A stretch of DNA of 64,000 nt from Mobula hypostoma (lineage: Eukaryota): positions 9,362,001 to 9,426,000 of the forward strand of contig NC_086110.1 in the NCBI RefSeq assembly GCF_963921235.1, in the 5' to 3' direction. The notes beneath the pieces were generated by a model. The model was not told the DNA's origin, ran no database searches, and was given only the letters and a program-made list of their open reading frames with translations. A program made the translations under genes and the position numbers. Every line of letters begins with the position of its first letter. The stretch's first letter is position 1. Below are positions 23,990 to 36,400 of the stretch, one piece after another.

Positions 23990-26372
23990 ACCCTTCAACC
24001 CTTGTCTGGTCTGGGAAAGTGAGGAGGTGATAGAGAGGAACTATAGGCAAGTAGTCACACTGGGGCCTCGAGAGACAGGTAAGTGGGTAACATGCAGACA
24101 CGAGGCAATCTGCAGATGCTGGAAATTCAAGCAGCACACACAAAAAATAGGAAGGAGTACAGTCGACATTTCGGGCTGGAACATCGACTGTATTTCGTCT
24201 TATAGATGCTGCCTTTCCTGCTGCGTTCACTGGCATTTTTTGTGTGTGTTAAGTGGGTAACAGTCAGGAGAGGGAAGGGTAAGAGGGAGATATGACAGAG
24301 TACCCATGTGGCTGTCCCCCTTAACAATAAGTACTTCTGTTTGCGTACTGTTCAAAGGAACGGCCTGGAACAGAGTCTGGCCCTGTGGCTCAGAAGGGTA
24401 GGGAATGGAAGAAGGGAGCAGTGATAGGGGACTCTGTAGTTGGGGGGTCAGATAGGCGATCCTGTGGATGCAGGCGAGAAACACGATGGTAGTTTGCCTC
24501 CCAGATGCCAGGGTCTGAGATGTTTCTGATTGCGTCAACGATAGCCTGACGTGAGAAGGTGAACAACCAGAGGTCGTGGTACATATTGGTACCAACAACA
24601 TAGGTAGGAAAAGGGAGGAAGTCCTGAAAACAGACTACAGGGAGTTAGGATTGAAGTTGAGAAGCAGGATGTCAAAGATAGTAATCTCGGGGTTACTGCC
24701 TGTGCTATGTGACAGTGAGTATAGGAATAGAGTGAGGTGGAGGATAAATGCATGGCTGAGGAATTGGAGCAGGGGGAAGTGATCCAGAGTTCTGGATTAC
24801 TGGGGTTGCACTTGAACCTGAGGAGGACCAATATCCTGGCAGGGACGTTTGCAAAGGCTATTGGGGAGCATTTAAACTAGAATTGCTGGGGTTTGGGAAC
24901 CGAATTGAAGAGACAGAGGAAGGAGCTTTTGGCGCACAGATAGAGAAAGCTTGGAGACAGTGCGAGAGGTAGCATAGGCAGGTGCTAGAGAAGGGATGCA
25001 CCCAGACCAATGGTTTAAGATGTGTATATTTTAGTGCAAGAACCATCGTGAACAAAGCAGGATGAGCTTAGACCGTGGATCAGTACATGGAGCTATAATG
25101 AATAATTTACTTCAGTATTCACTATGGAAAGGGATCTTGGTGATTGTACTGATGACTTGCAGCAGACTGAAAAGCTTGGGCATGTCGATATTATGAAAGA
25201 GGATGTGCTGGAGCTTTTGGGAAGCATCAAGTTGGATAAGTCGCCATCACTGGATGAGATGTACCCCAGGCTATTGTGGGAGGTGAGGGAGGAGATTCCT
25301 GAGCCTCTGGCGATGATCTTCACATCATCAATGGGGACAGGAGAGGTTCCGGAGGATTGGAGGGTTGCGGATGTTGTTCCTTTATTCAAGAAAGGGAGTA
25401 GAGATAGCCCAGGAAATTATAGACCAGTGAGTCTTTCCTCAGTAGTTGATAAGTTGATGGAGAAGATCCTGAGAGGCAGGATTTATGAATATTTGAAGGT
25501 GTATAATATGATTAGGAATAGTGGCTTTGTCAAGGGCAGGTCGTGCCTTAGGAGCCTGATTGAATTTTTTGAGGATGTGACTACACACATTGATGAAGGA
25601 AGAGCAGTAGATGCAGTGTACATGGATTTCAGCAAGGCATTTGATAAGGTACCCTATGCAAGGATTATTGAGAAAGTAAGGAGGCATGGGATCCAAGGGG
25701 ACATTGCTTCGTGGAACCAGAACTGGCGTGCCCACAGAAGACAAAGAGTGGTTGTAGATGGGTCATATTCTGCATGGAAGTCAGTGACCAGTGGTGTGCC
25801 TCAGGGATCTGTTCTGGGACCCTCACTCTTTGTGATTTTTATAAATGACCTGGATGAGGAAGTGGAGGGATGGGTTAGTAAATTTGCTGATGACACAAAG
25901 GTTGGGGGTGTTGTGGATAGTGTGGAGGGCTGTCAGAGGTTACAGCAGGACATTGATAGGATGCAAAGCCAGGCTGAGAAGTGGTAGATGGAGTTCAACC
26001 CAGATTAGTGTGAGGTGGTTCATTTTGGTAGGTCAAATATGGTGGCAGAATATAGTGTTAATGGTCAGACTCTTGGCAGTGTGGAGGATCTGAGGGATCT
26101 TGGGGTCCGAGTACACGGGACGCTCAAAGCAGCTGCGCAGGTTGACCCTGTGGTTAAGAAGGTGTACGGTGTATTGGCCTTCATCAATCGTGGAATTGAT
26201 TTGAGGTGCCGAGAGGTAATGTTGCAGCTAAAAAGGACTCTGGTCAGTCCCCACTTGGAGTACTGTGCTCAGTTCTGGTCGCCTCACTACAGGAAGGATG
26301 TGGAAGCCATAGAAAGGGTGCAGAGGAGATTTACAAGGAAGTTACCTGGATTGGGGAGCATGCCTTATGAGA
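23990..26372 (+). mobile_element. CR1 LINE (ORF1 esterase remnant, endonuclease largely deleted, RT), 3' end missing
   Basis: HIGTNNIGR esterase motif near 24580; RT ORF 25124-25987 ([20 protein letters not shown]); sequence jumps from endonuclease start to the RT linker near 25095. Confidence 0.88.
24093..24249. mobile_element. Collapsed fold-back Penelope pLTR unit inserted in CR1 ORF1
   Basis: 13-bp TSD TAAGTGGGTAACA (24080-24092, 24250-24262); inverted TACAGTCGA/TCGACTGTA and CACACACAAAAAA/TTTTTTGTGTGTG. Confidence 0.8.
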
Positions 26373-28500
26373 ACGCAGAACATAGAATAGTACAGCACAG
26401 TACAGGCCCTTCGGCCCACAATGTTGTGCCGACCCTTAAACCCTGCCTCCCATATAACCTCCTACCTTAAATTACTCCATATACCTGTCTAGCAGTCTCT
26501 TAAATTTCACCAGTGTACCTGCCTCCACCACTGACTCAGGCGGTGCATTCCATGCACCAACCATTCTCTGAGTAAAAAACCTTCCTCTAATATCCCCCTT
26601 GAACTTCCCACCCCTTACCTTAAAGCCATGTCCTCTTGTATTGAGCAGTGGTGCCCTGGGGAAGAAGCGCTGGCTGTCCAGTCTATCTATTCCTCTTAAT
26701 ATCTTGTGTATCTCTATCATGTCTCCTCTCAACCTCCTTCTCTCCAAAGAGTAAAGCCCTAGCTCCCTTAATCTCTGATCATAATGCATACTCTTTTAAC
26801 CAGGCAGCATCCTGGTAAATCTCCTCTGCACCTTTTCCAATGCTTCCACATCCTTCCTATAGTGAGGCGACTAGAACTGGACACAGTACTCCAAGTGTGG
26901 CCTAACCAGAGTTTTATGGAGCTGCATCATACCCCTGCGACTCTTAAACTCTATCCCTTGACCTATGAAGGCCAACAGCCCCTAAGCTTTCTTAACTACC
27001 CTGTCTACCTGTGAAGCAACTTTCAGGGATCTGTGGACATGCACCCCCAGATCCCTCTGCTCCTCCACACTACCAAGTATCCTGCCATTTACTTTGTACT
27101 CTGCCTTGGAGTTTGTCCTTCCAAAGTGTACCACCTCACACTTCTCCGGGTTGAACTCCATCTGCCACTTATCAGCCCACTTCTGCATCCAATCAATGTC
27201 TCTCTGCAATCTTTAACAATTCTCTACACTACCCACAACACCACCAACCTTTGTGTCGTCTGCAAACTTCCCAACCCACCCTTCAACCCCAACATCCTGG
27301 TCATTAATAAAAATCAAGAAAAGCAGAGGTCCCAGAACCGATGCTTGTGGGACACCACTAGTCACAATCCTCCAATCTGAATGTACTCCCTCCACCACGA
27401 CCCTCTGCTTTCTGCAGTACCGTGTGGAACCTTGTCAAATGCCTTACTAAAATCCATGCGGATCACATCCACTACACTATCCTCATCTATATTCCTGGTC
27501 ACCTCCTCAAAGAACTCTATCAGGCTTGTTAGACACAATCTGCCCTTCACAAAGCCATGCTGACTCTCCCTGATCAGACCATGATTATGTAAATGCCCAT
27601 AGATCCTATCTGTAAGAATTTTTTCCAACAACTTTCCCACCACAGACGTAAAGCTCACTGGTCTGTAATTACCCTGACTATCCCTACTACCTTTTTTGAA
27701 CAAGGGGACAACATTCACCTCCCTCCAATCCTCCGGTACCATTCCCGTGGACAACGAGGACATGAAGATCCTAGCCATAGGATCAGCAATCTCTTCCCTC
27801 GCCTTGTGGAGCAGCCTGAGGAATATTCCATCAGGCCCTGGGGACTTATCCGTCCTAATGTATTTTAACTACTCCAACACCTCCTCTCCCTTAATATCAA
27901 CATGCTCCAGAACATCAACCTCACTCATATCGTCATCAAGTTCCCTGTCATTGGTGAATACCGAAGTGAAGTGTTCATTGAGGACCTCGCTCACTTCCAC
28001 AGTCTCCAGACACATCTTCCCACCTTTATCTCTAATCCGTGCTACCTTCACTCCTATCATCATTTTGTTCTTCACATAATTGATGAATGCCTTGGGGTTT
28101 TCCTTTACCCTACTCGCCAAGGCCTTCTCATGCCCCCTTCTTGCTCTTCTCAGCCCCTTCTTAGCCTCCTTTCTTGCTACTCTATTTTCCTCAATAGATC
28201 CATCTGATCCTTGCTTCCTTGTCTTCATGTATGTTGCCCTCTTCCACCTGACTAGATTTTCCACCTCACTAGTCACCCATAGTTCCTTCACCCTAGCATT
28301 CTCTATCTTCCTCACCGGGACAAATTTATCCCTAACATCCAGCAAGAGATCCCTAAACATCGACCACATGTCCATAGTACATTTCCCTGCAAAAACATCA
28401 TCCCGATTCACACCTGCAAGTTCTAGCCTTATAGCCTCATAATTTGCCCTTCCTCAATTAAAAATTGTCCTGCCCTCTCTATCCTTTTCAATGATAATGT
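26373..28500 (-). mobile_element. CR1 LINE 3' 2.1 kb, same family as 9324-12925, tail-to-tail with the preceding CR1
   Basis: Same 3' UTR (GAATAGTACAGCACAGTACAGGCCCTTCGGCCCAC) and collinear ORF2 fragments 26472-28411. Confidence 0.92.
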
Positions 28501-28544
28501 TAAAGGCCAGGGAGCAGTAGACACTGTCCTCCAGATTCTCCAGA

Positions 28545-28937
28545 TAGGTTGGGTGAAATCGGCCTTTTCTCCTTGAACGACGGAGGATGAGAGGTGACCT
28601 GATAGAGGTGTATAAGATGATGAGAGGCGTTGATCCTGTGGATAGTCAGAGGCTTTTTCCCAGGGCTGAAATGGTTGCCACAAGAGGACACAGGTTTAAG
28701 GTGCTGGGGAGTAGGTACAGAGGAGATGTTAGGGGTAAATTGTTTACTCAGAGAGTGCTCAGTGCGTGGAATGGGCTGTTGGCCGCAGTGGTGGAGGCGG
28801 ATAAGATAGGGTCTTTTAAGAGACTTTTGGATAGGTAGCTTAGGTAAGCCTAGTAATTTCTAAGGTAGGGACCTGTTCGGCACAACTTTGTGAGCCAAAG
28901 GGCCTGCATTGTGCTGTAGGTTGTATATGTTTCTATG
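28545..28937 (+). mobile_element. CR1 LINE 3' end fragment
   Basis: MRGDLIEVYKMM...TRGHRFKV; TTCTATGTT tail. Confidence 0.85.
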
Positions 28938-28974
28938 TTGTGGCCATTACAGAGACTTGAATGGTTCAGGGGTA

Positions 28975-29828
28975 GGAATGGTTAGAGTGCCAGGTTATAG
29001 ATGTTTCAGAAAGGACAAGGAGGGAGGTGTCACATACCCCGTGACGGGGATTAAGAAACCAACAGAAATAGAAAACATTTTGGAGTCTTGTATTGCTATA
29101 ACCTACTAATATTTATTAGTAACTACGCAATACAGTAATATCAATGTAAATAAATCACACAGGTTAGCAATGATTATATATTAAAGTAAGTGTGGAATAT
29201 ATATGTATGAAAACCAAGCTGCTTTAAGTCTGGGGGTAAAAAGATACAGTCTTATGATGTTGAGTAAAGTTCAGTTCAGTTCAGTTCGTGGTATGTAGTT
29301 GAATAGTGATAGAGAGAGAGAGTGAGTTGAGTCTTCAGGTGAGCTGTTGCCGTCGATCTTCTCATCGTCCTCCGAAATCCTTTACAAGTCACCAACTGTG
29401 ACTTTAACCAGGGGGACTGGTTTTCTTGTGATGGAGCTATCAAGGGTGGACAACTCTCCACCAGTCAACCCCTTCTTCACCACTGGAATAGCAATTTGGA
29501 TCGATCCGCCTGATCGATCCTCCAAAACCTACTTTCTCCGCGGGCACAACAATGCTCATTCAGTGTCCAGATCATGTGTCCGAGGTCTGTATCATCTGAC
29601 CTCCCATTTATTTCTCTGTGCTGAGCATCACGTCATTCAAAGAGTCCCTCCTTCCTTTGTCTGTGAAGAAATGCACAAGCAGGCAACAAGTCCTTGAAAG
29701 TAACATCAATAATGCCCTGTCGGTCACCATAGCAACTTTTGAGCTGCTCAGTGCTGCTCCAACTCCAAACTCAGTAGAAATCCAAAGTTACTTCCAATGC
29801 CTTAAAGTGACAGTCCAACCGTTAATCT

Positions 29829-29867
<39 letters not shown>

Positions 29868-32603
29868 CAAAAGCAACATATCGGTGGTAAATAACTCTCT
29901 CTCTGTCTCTCTTCAAACAGTTAATAGGGGCACTCCTGGATCCCCTCACAGAAGCAAAAGAGTTGGGGTCGTGGCACTGCTGATCAGAGTGCTGATCGTG
30001 TCACGGCTGCAGAAAAGGAGAAAGTCATGGAGAGATTGTCCACTGAGTCTCTGTTGGTGGAAGTTAGAAACAGGAATGGGTCAATAACTCTACTGGGTGT
30101 TTTTTTATTGACCACCCAATAGTGACAGGGACATCGAGGAGCAGATAGGAGGACAGACTCTGGAAAGATGTAATAATAACAGGGTTGTCGTGGTGGGAGA
30201 TTTTAATTTCCCAAATATTGATTGGTATCTCCTTAGAGCAAGGGGTTTAGATGGGTTGGAGTTTGTTAGGTAGCAAAGCCTACAAGAGGAGAGGCTGTAC
30301 TTGATCTGGTATTGGGAAATAAACTTGGTCAGGTGTCAGGTCTCTCAGTGGGAGAGCATTTTGGAGATAGTGATCACAATTCTATCTCCTTTACCATAGC
30401 GTTGGAGAGGGATAGGAACAGACAAGTTAGGAAAACGATTAATAGGAGTAAGATGAAGTATAAAGCTATCAGGCAGGAACTTGGAAGCATAAATTGGGAA
30501 CAGATGTTCTCAGGGAAATGTACGGCAGAAATGTGGCAAATGTTCAGGGGATATTTGCATGGCGTTCTGCAATGAGACAAGGAAAGAATGGTAAAGTGCA
30601 GGAACCGTGGTGTACAAAGGCTGTTGAAATTCTAGTCAAGAAGAAAAGATAACGAAAGGTTCAAAAAAACTAGGTAATGATGGAGATCTAGAAAATTATC
30701 AGGCTAGCAGGAAGGAGCTTAACAGTGAAATTAGGAGAGCCAGAAGGGGCCGTGAGAAGGCCTTGGAGAGCAGGATTAAGGAAAACCTGAAGGCATTCTG
30801 CAAGTGTGTGAAGAGCAAGAGGGTAAGATGTGAGAGAATAGGACCAATCAAGTGTGGGAGTGGAAACCAATCAAGTGTGGGAGTGGAAAAGTGTGTATGG
30901 AACCAGAGGAGATAGCAGAGATACTTAGTGAATACTTTGCTTCAGTATTCACTGTGGAAAGGGATCTTGGCGATTGTAGGGATGACTTACAGTGGACTGA
31001 AAAGCTTGAGCACATAGACATTAAGAAAGAGGATGTGTTGGATCTTTTGGAAAGCATCAAGTTGGATAAGTCTCTGGGACCAGATGTGATGTACCCCAGG
31101 CTACTGTGGGAGGCAAGGGAGGAAATTGCTGGGCCTCTGACAATGATCTTTGCATCATCAGTGGTGACGAGAGAGGTTCCAGAGGATTGGAGGGTTGCAG
31201 ATGTTGTTCCCTTATTCAAGAAAGGGAGTAGAGATAGCCCAGGAAATTATAGACCAGTGAGTCTTACTTCAGTGGTTGATAAGTTGATGGAAAAGATCCT
31301 GAGAGGCAGGATTTACAAGCATTTGGAGAGGCAAAATATAATTAGGAATTGTCAGCATGGCTTTGTTAAATGCAGGTCGTGCCTTACGAGCCTGATTGAA
31401 TTTTTTGAGGATTTGACTAAACATATTGATGAAGGTAGAGCAGTAGATATAGTGCTTATGGATTTCAGTAAGGCGTTTGATAAGGTAACTTATGCAAGGC
31501 TTATTGAGAAAGTAAGGAGGCATGGGATCCAAAGGAACCTTGCTCTGTGTATCCAGAATTGGCTTGCTCACAGAAAGCAGAGTGGTTGTAAATGGGTCAT
31601 ATTCTGGATGGAGGTCGGTGACCAGTGGTGTGCCTCAGGGATCTGTTCTGGGACCCCTTCTCTTTGTGATTTTTATAAATGACCTGGATGAGGAAGTAGA
31701 AGGATGGGTTATTAAATTTGCTGATGACAGAAAGGTTGTGGGTGTTGTTGATAGTGTGGTGATTACAGCGGGACGTCGATAGGAAGTAAAACTGGGCTGA
31801 TAAGTGGCCGATGGCATTAAACCCAGGTAAGTGTGAGCTGGTTCATTTTGGTAGGTCAAATATGATGGCAGAATATCGTATTAATGGTTAGACTCTTGGC
31901 AGTGTGGAGGATCAGAGGGATCTTGGGGTCCAAGTCCATAGGACACTCAAAGCTTCTGCGCAGGTTGACCCTGTGGCTTTAGAAGGCTTCCGGTGCATTG
32001 GCCTTCATCAGTCGTGGAATTGAATTTAAGAGCCGAGTGGTAATGTTACAGTATATCGCACCCTGTTCACTTGGAGTATATTGCTCAGTGCTGGTCACCT
32101 CACTACAGGAAGGATGTGGAAACTATAGAAAAGGTGCAGAGGAGATTTGCAATGATGTTACCTTTATTGGGGAGCATGCCTTATAAGAATAGGTTGAGTG
32201 AACTCGGCCTTTTCTCCTTAGAGCAGCGGAGCTTGAGAGGTGACTTGATAGAGGTTTATAAGATGATGAGAGGCATTGATCGTGTGAATAGTGAGAGGCT
32301 TTTTCCCAGGGCTGAAATGGCTAACACTAGAGGGCACATTTTTAAGGTGCTTGGAAGTAGGTACAGAGATGTGAGGGTTAAGTTTTTTTACACAGAGAGT
32401 GGTGAGTGTGTGGAATGAGCTGCTGGTGACAGTGGTGGAGGCGGATATGATAGGGTCTGAAGAGACTCCTGGATAGGTACGTGGAGCTTAGAAAAATAGT
32501 GGGCTATCAGTAACACTAGGTAATTTCTAAACTAAGTACATGTTCGGCACAACATTATGGGCCAAAGGGCCTGTATTGTGCTGTAGGTTTTCTATGTTTC
32601 TAT
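28975..32603 (+). mobile_element. CR1 LINE ORF2 (endonuclease to 3' end), interrupted by a solo LTR
   Basis: Endonuclease PGYRCFRKD resumes after 29950 (GDFN, SDH); RT ORF 30852-31682; TTTCTATGTTTCTATGT tail. Confidence 0.9.
29028..29950 (-). mobile_element. Solo LTR (923 bp) related to the Gmr1-like LTRs at 38251 and 42185
   Basis: TGT...ACA termini, imperfect 4-bp TSD GAGG/GAAG, CR1 frame continues on both sides; terminus (reverse complement) TCACGGGGTATGTGACA resembles TTACGGGGTACGTAACA. Confidence 0.75.
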
Positions 32604-33479
32604 GTCTTTATTCCCTGAAAGTGGCATTGCAGAGTGTTAGGGTTATGGAGAAGGCACATGCTGTGCTTGTCTTCATAAGTTGGGATATATATGTACAGAA
32701 TAGAAAAGTTGGAATATTATTGTTGCAACTTTATGAAACATTGGTTGGGTAGATCTTAGAGTATTATGTGCATTTCTGTGTGCCATATTACAAGAATGAT
32801 ATGGTTGTGTTGGGGAGAGTGCAGAGAAAATTTGGCTTGGATACTGCCTGGATCAGAGAACTTTAATTACATGGACTCAGATTTGTTTTCTTTGCAGCAA
32901 AGGATGCTGAGTAATAACCTGATAGAGATGTATGAAATTATTAGCAATAAAGATAGTAATCATCATTTCCCCATGGTAGAAAGGATTAAATACAAGCAGA
33001 CATAGGTTTATGGTGAGAAAAGCAAGTTTCAGAGGTATTTGAGACAAAAATATTTACACAGTCATTGTTATCAGGAACTTGCTGTCACAGGAGTTGGTAA
33101 TTAATTTTGCATACAATTTTGAATAAATAAGTGCAAATTGAAAGTTTCAACTTCAAAATTTGAAGAGACACTGAAATAAGCCAAGCAAAGAAGGAAACGG
33201 ACATGATGTGGATAAAAGGAATTAGAGCAGTTTGCGTAAAGGTTGAGATGCATACAGTGGGCTGAAGAATCCATTTCTGCTCAGAACTATAAGACTGTAT
33301 GACACACACACATTAACAAACAAGTACCAAATCTCAGTGGAAAAAATGCAGTGTCCTGAGGATGCCCCTCTGTTCTTTTCAAGAAGAAAGAAAAGTAGTG
33401 AGATTGCGAGAAGGAAAATTAATCAAATGTCATCTTGCTATAAAAAAATTCATTCTTACTTGCTAATGTTGCATTTCAG

Positions 33480-33641
33480 TTACTTACCCTTTGTCCAGAA
33501 GACAACGCATTGGCATTGATCTACCGCGATAAAGAAACGCTGAAGTTTGTGAAACATGTTAACCAGAGGAGCATCAGTCAGTGTAACTGGAAGCATGTCG
33601 AGAAGGGGTTCTGGGACTTTTCCTTTGTATATTATGAATGA
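33480..33641 (+). CDS. OGFOD1: OGFOD1 terminal coding exon
   Basis: GCATTTCAG acceptor. [31 protein letters not shown]...[12 protein letters not shown] matches the human C-terminus [31 protein letters not shown]...GFWDFSFIYYE as recalled. Confidence 0.95.
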   Translation, partial: LLTLCPEDNALALIYRDKETLKFVKHVNQRSISQCNWKHVEKGFWDFSFVYYE

Positions 33642-35379
33642 TGGCACATCTGCTTTTCTTAAGTTGTTGCGTCTAATATGGCATGGCGCATATTGCCATT
33701 GTTTTCTAGATGAGAAGATTTTGTAGCAACATGTGTCAGGTCTTTCCAAGGTCTAATATATAATGGTTGCATTTGGATTTCAGATGGGCTGCTAATTGGC
33801 TTTTCCAGAAGTTTGTTGACTTGAATGAGGGACTTATTAGGCCTGGCAAAGGTACTGTTGAAGTCTCAAATTCATATAATTCTTTGAAATTTATTTTGTG
33901 GTCTTCATTTCCTGATTAAAAATGTGTTTGAAAAAATCTGAAGTAAGCCTTCCTTAATTTCTTGCATCTTATGTTGACTGCATTTTGCCTTGTGTTTTCC
34001 CTTGTACCTTGATGATAATAAGGAATACAGTGGCATCTTTTACAGGTTACATCCCTTATAAACTCATGACCGGAAGGGACTTGAGAGGATTAGAGGAGTT
34101 TTTAGGATTAGATTTGTCAAAACCTGAAATCAGTGGGATTGTTTCAGAAAAGTGAGTACAATAATTGGTAGCAATAGTGAAAGAGGCCAATTATGTGGCA
34201 ATCCACCAAATAGGAAAGAAAAAGAAAAAACAACAGAGTAAAGCCTACTTTGACTCAAAAGTTAGTCTCATTAAATTAAGCCCAGGACAAAGAGTGATGA
34301 TTAGAATACACCAACTCACCTCATTTTAAAATCCAAGGCTTGCAGGGCCCTATGAAATTATAAACAAAGCAAGTCCTTCAGCGTACAAAGTACTGACTTA
34401 TCCAGATATAAGTGGGTGGTACCATATTAACCAGCTGAACTTGGTGGGGGAGAAACAGAAATGTTATCATCATTGGCACATAACAGTTGGTGTACATGAT
34501 AGCCCGGATTTGGGAGATTGTTCCAAGAAGATGGAGACAGGTTGTATCAAGGAGATGATTTTCAGTTCCCTCATCCTGAGAACCAGGGGAGTTTTGTTAG
34601 AAAATCAAAGGAAAATGAAAATATGTCAGTGCTTATCTCTCCTATCCTGAAACAAAATGGATTGAGGAAAAATGGATGCCTTGAGTCCAAAGACATTGGG
34701 AGTCCGGATTGGAAGGTCTAGAAAAACAAAATATGGACTTAAAATAATTTAAGATTTAAAATGGAAATAAGAGCAGATATTACTCTTGTGTGTTTCAGGT
34801 TTAACACAACATGAAGAAAATAATGTATTTTGCTGTGATGACATTAACCATGGTCAGTCTTGTTCCAGAGCCAGTATAGCAGGCAAATGTATCAACAGTA
34901 ATATTGCTTAGAAAGCGTTTAGTGAAAAAAAACTTATCTTCTCATTGGACATTGGTAATATGGTCAAACAAAGGAGAAAATGAGGACTCCAATTTGTATC
35001 ATACACAGTAATAAAAGAGAGCTTCAAGATCCAACGAACTGATACAGATGATTATCTGTAGCACTATGTTGTTACTCAGTTGTCACCGATTCTTCACTTG
35101 ACTGCAGCCTGGACACGTATTGTGGAAGAGGCAAGGAAAATAATCCATGAATGGACTCAACACACTAAAGTGATTGAAACACATGCTGATAAGTCAAATG
35201 AAATAATGAGTGACCCAGGCTCAGTTTTGGAATTGGGGGACTAATGTTCAAATACATCCATGGGTAAGAATAGTACCACTTGCTGCTGTTATACTAATTT
35301 CAAGTACGCTGATAAATGTATTGCTCAATGTGTATCAACTGAGAAGATGGAAGGCTGAAATAATGATGTGAAGTTTACA

Positions 35380-35995
35380 ACTATAGATGCACTGGGCTGT
35401 CTGCACCACACTCTGCAGGGTCCTGCAATTAAGGGAGGTACAGTTCCCATACCAGGCAGTGATGCAGCCAGTCAGGATGGTCTCAATTGTGCCCCTGTAG
35501 AAAGGATTTGGGGTTCCATACCAAACTTCCTCGACCATCTGAGGTGAAAGAGGCACTGTGTACAGACCACGTGAGGCCCTCAGTGATGTGGTTGCCAAGG
35601 AACTTGAAGCTGTTTACCCTCTCAACCCCAGATCCATTGATGACAATAGGGGTTAGCCCGTCTCCATTCCTCCTGTAATCCACAACCAGCTCCTTTGTTT
35701 TTGCGACATTGAGGGAGAGGTTGTTTTCTTGACACCACTGTGTCAGAGTTGACTTCTTCCCTTTAGGCCACCTCGTTATTGTTTGAGATTAGGCCAATCA
35801 GTGCAGTGTTGTCGGCAAATTTAATTAGCAGATTGGTGCTGTGGGTGGCGATACAGTCATGGATATACAGGGAGTAAAGGAGGGGACTCTTACAACCTGC
35901 TTGTGATCTGACAGGAAGTCCAGGATCCAGCTGCACAAGGCAGGGTCAAGGCCGAGGTCTCTGAGATTCTTGTTGAGCTTGGATGGAATTGGGGT
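35380..35995 (-). mobile_element. Rex1/Babar-type LINE RT fragment inserted in the retroelement
   Basis: FYRGTIETILTGCITAWYGNCT and LRDLGLDPALCSWILDFL on the minus strand. Confidence 0.8.
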
Positions 35996-36153
35996 TCCAT
36001 GGTAGTCCAATGATCTTCTGAATGAGAGGACGATAATGATCCTAAGATAAATATCTTTGGATCAAGAGGAGAGAGAATTTGGCCAGAAAAAACTACAGTC
36101 TAATCAAGAACAGGAGAAGCAGACAAACCAGTTGTCTTTGTTTCCCCCTATTT

Positions 36154-36400
36154 TGTGGACTCTGAACTGATTCTTGCTCTGGGATAATCTGATCAGGGTA
36201 ATTGAATGTGGACACAGGAAGCTTCAGGGAATGACCTGCTAAACCTGAGACCATTCTCAGACAAGTAGCTAATAGGGTGTGGACTCTGAATTGATTCTTG
36301 CTCTGGGACAATCTAATGAGAGCAACTGAATGTCAACATGAGGAATTTCAGGTAATAACCTGCTAAATCTGAGACCATTCTTGGAGGAGTTGCTACTTGT
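36154..36400. repeat. Two diverged 124-bp tandem units in the putative U3
   Basis: TGTGGACTCTGAA.TGATTCTTGCTCTGGGA at 36154 and 36278. Confidence 0.8.

Noticed and set aside
23289-24260. Long ORFs across 23.3-24.3 kb
   Set aside because: Artefacts of microsatellites and the N gap.
9324-28500. Segmental duplication of the CR1-containing blocks
   Set aside because: Similarity stops at the element boundaries and the copies carry different indels.
30838-30890. 24-bp tandem duplication in CR1 ORF2
   Set aside because: Ordinary slippage in a dead copy.
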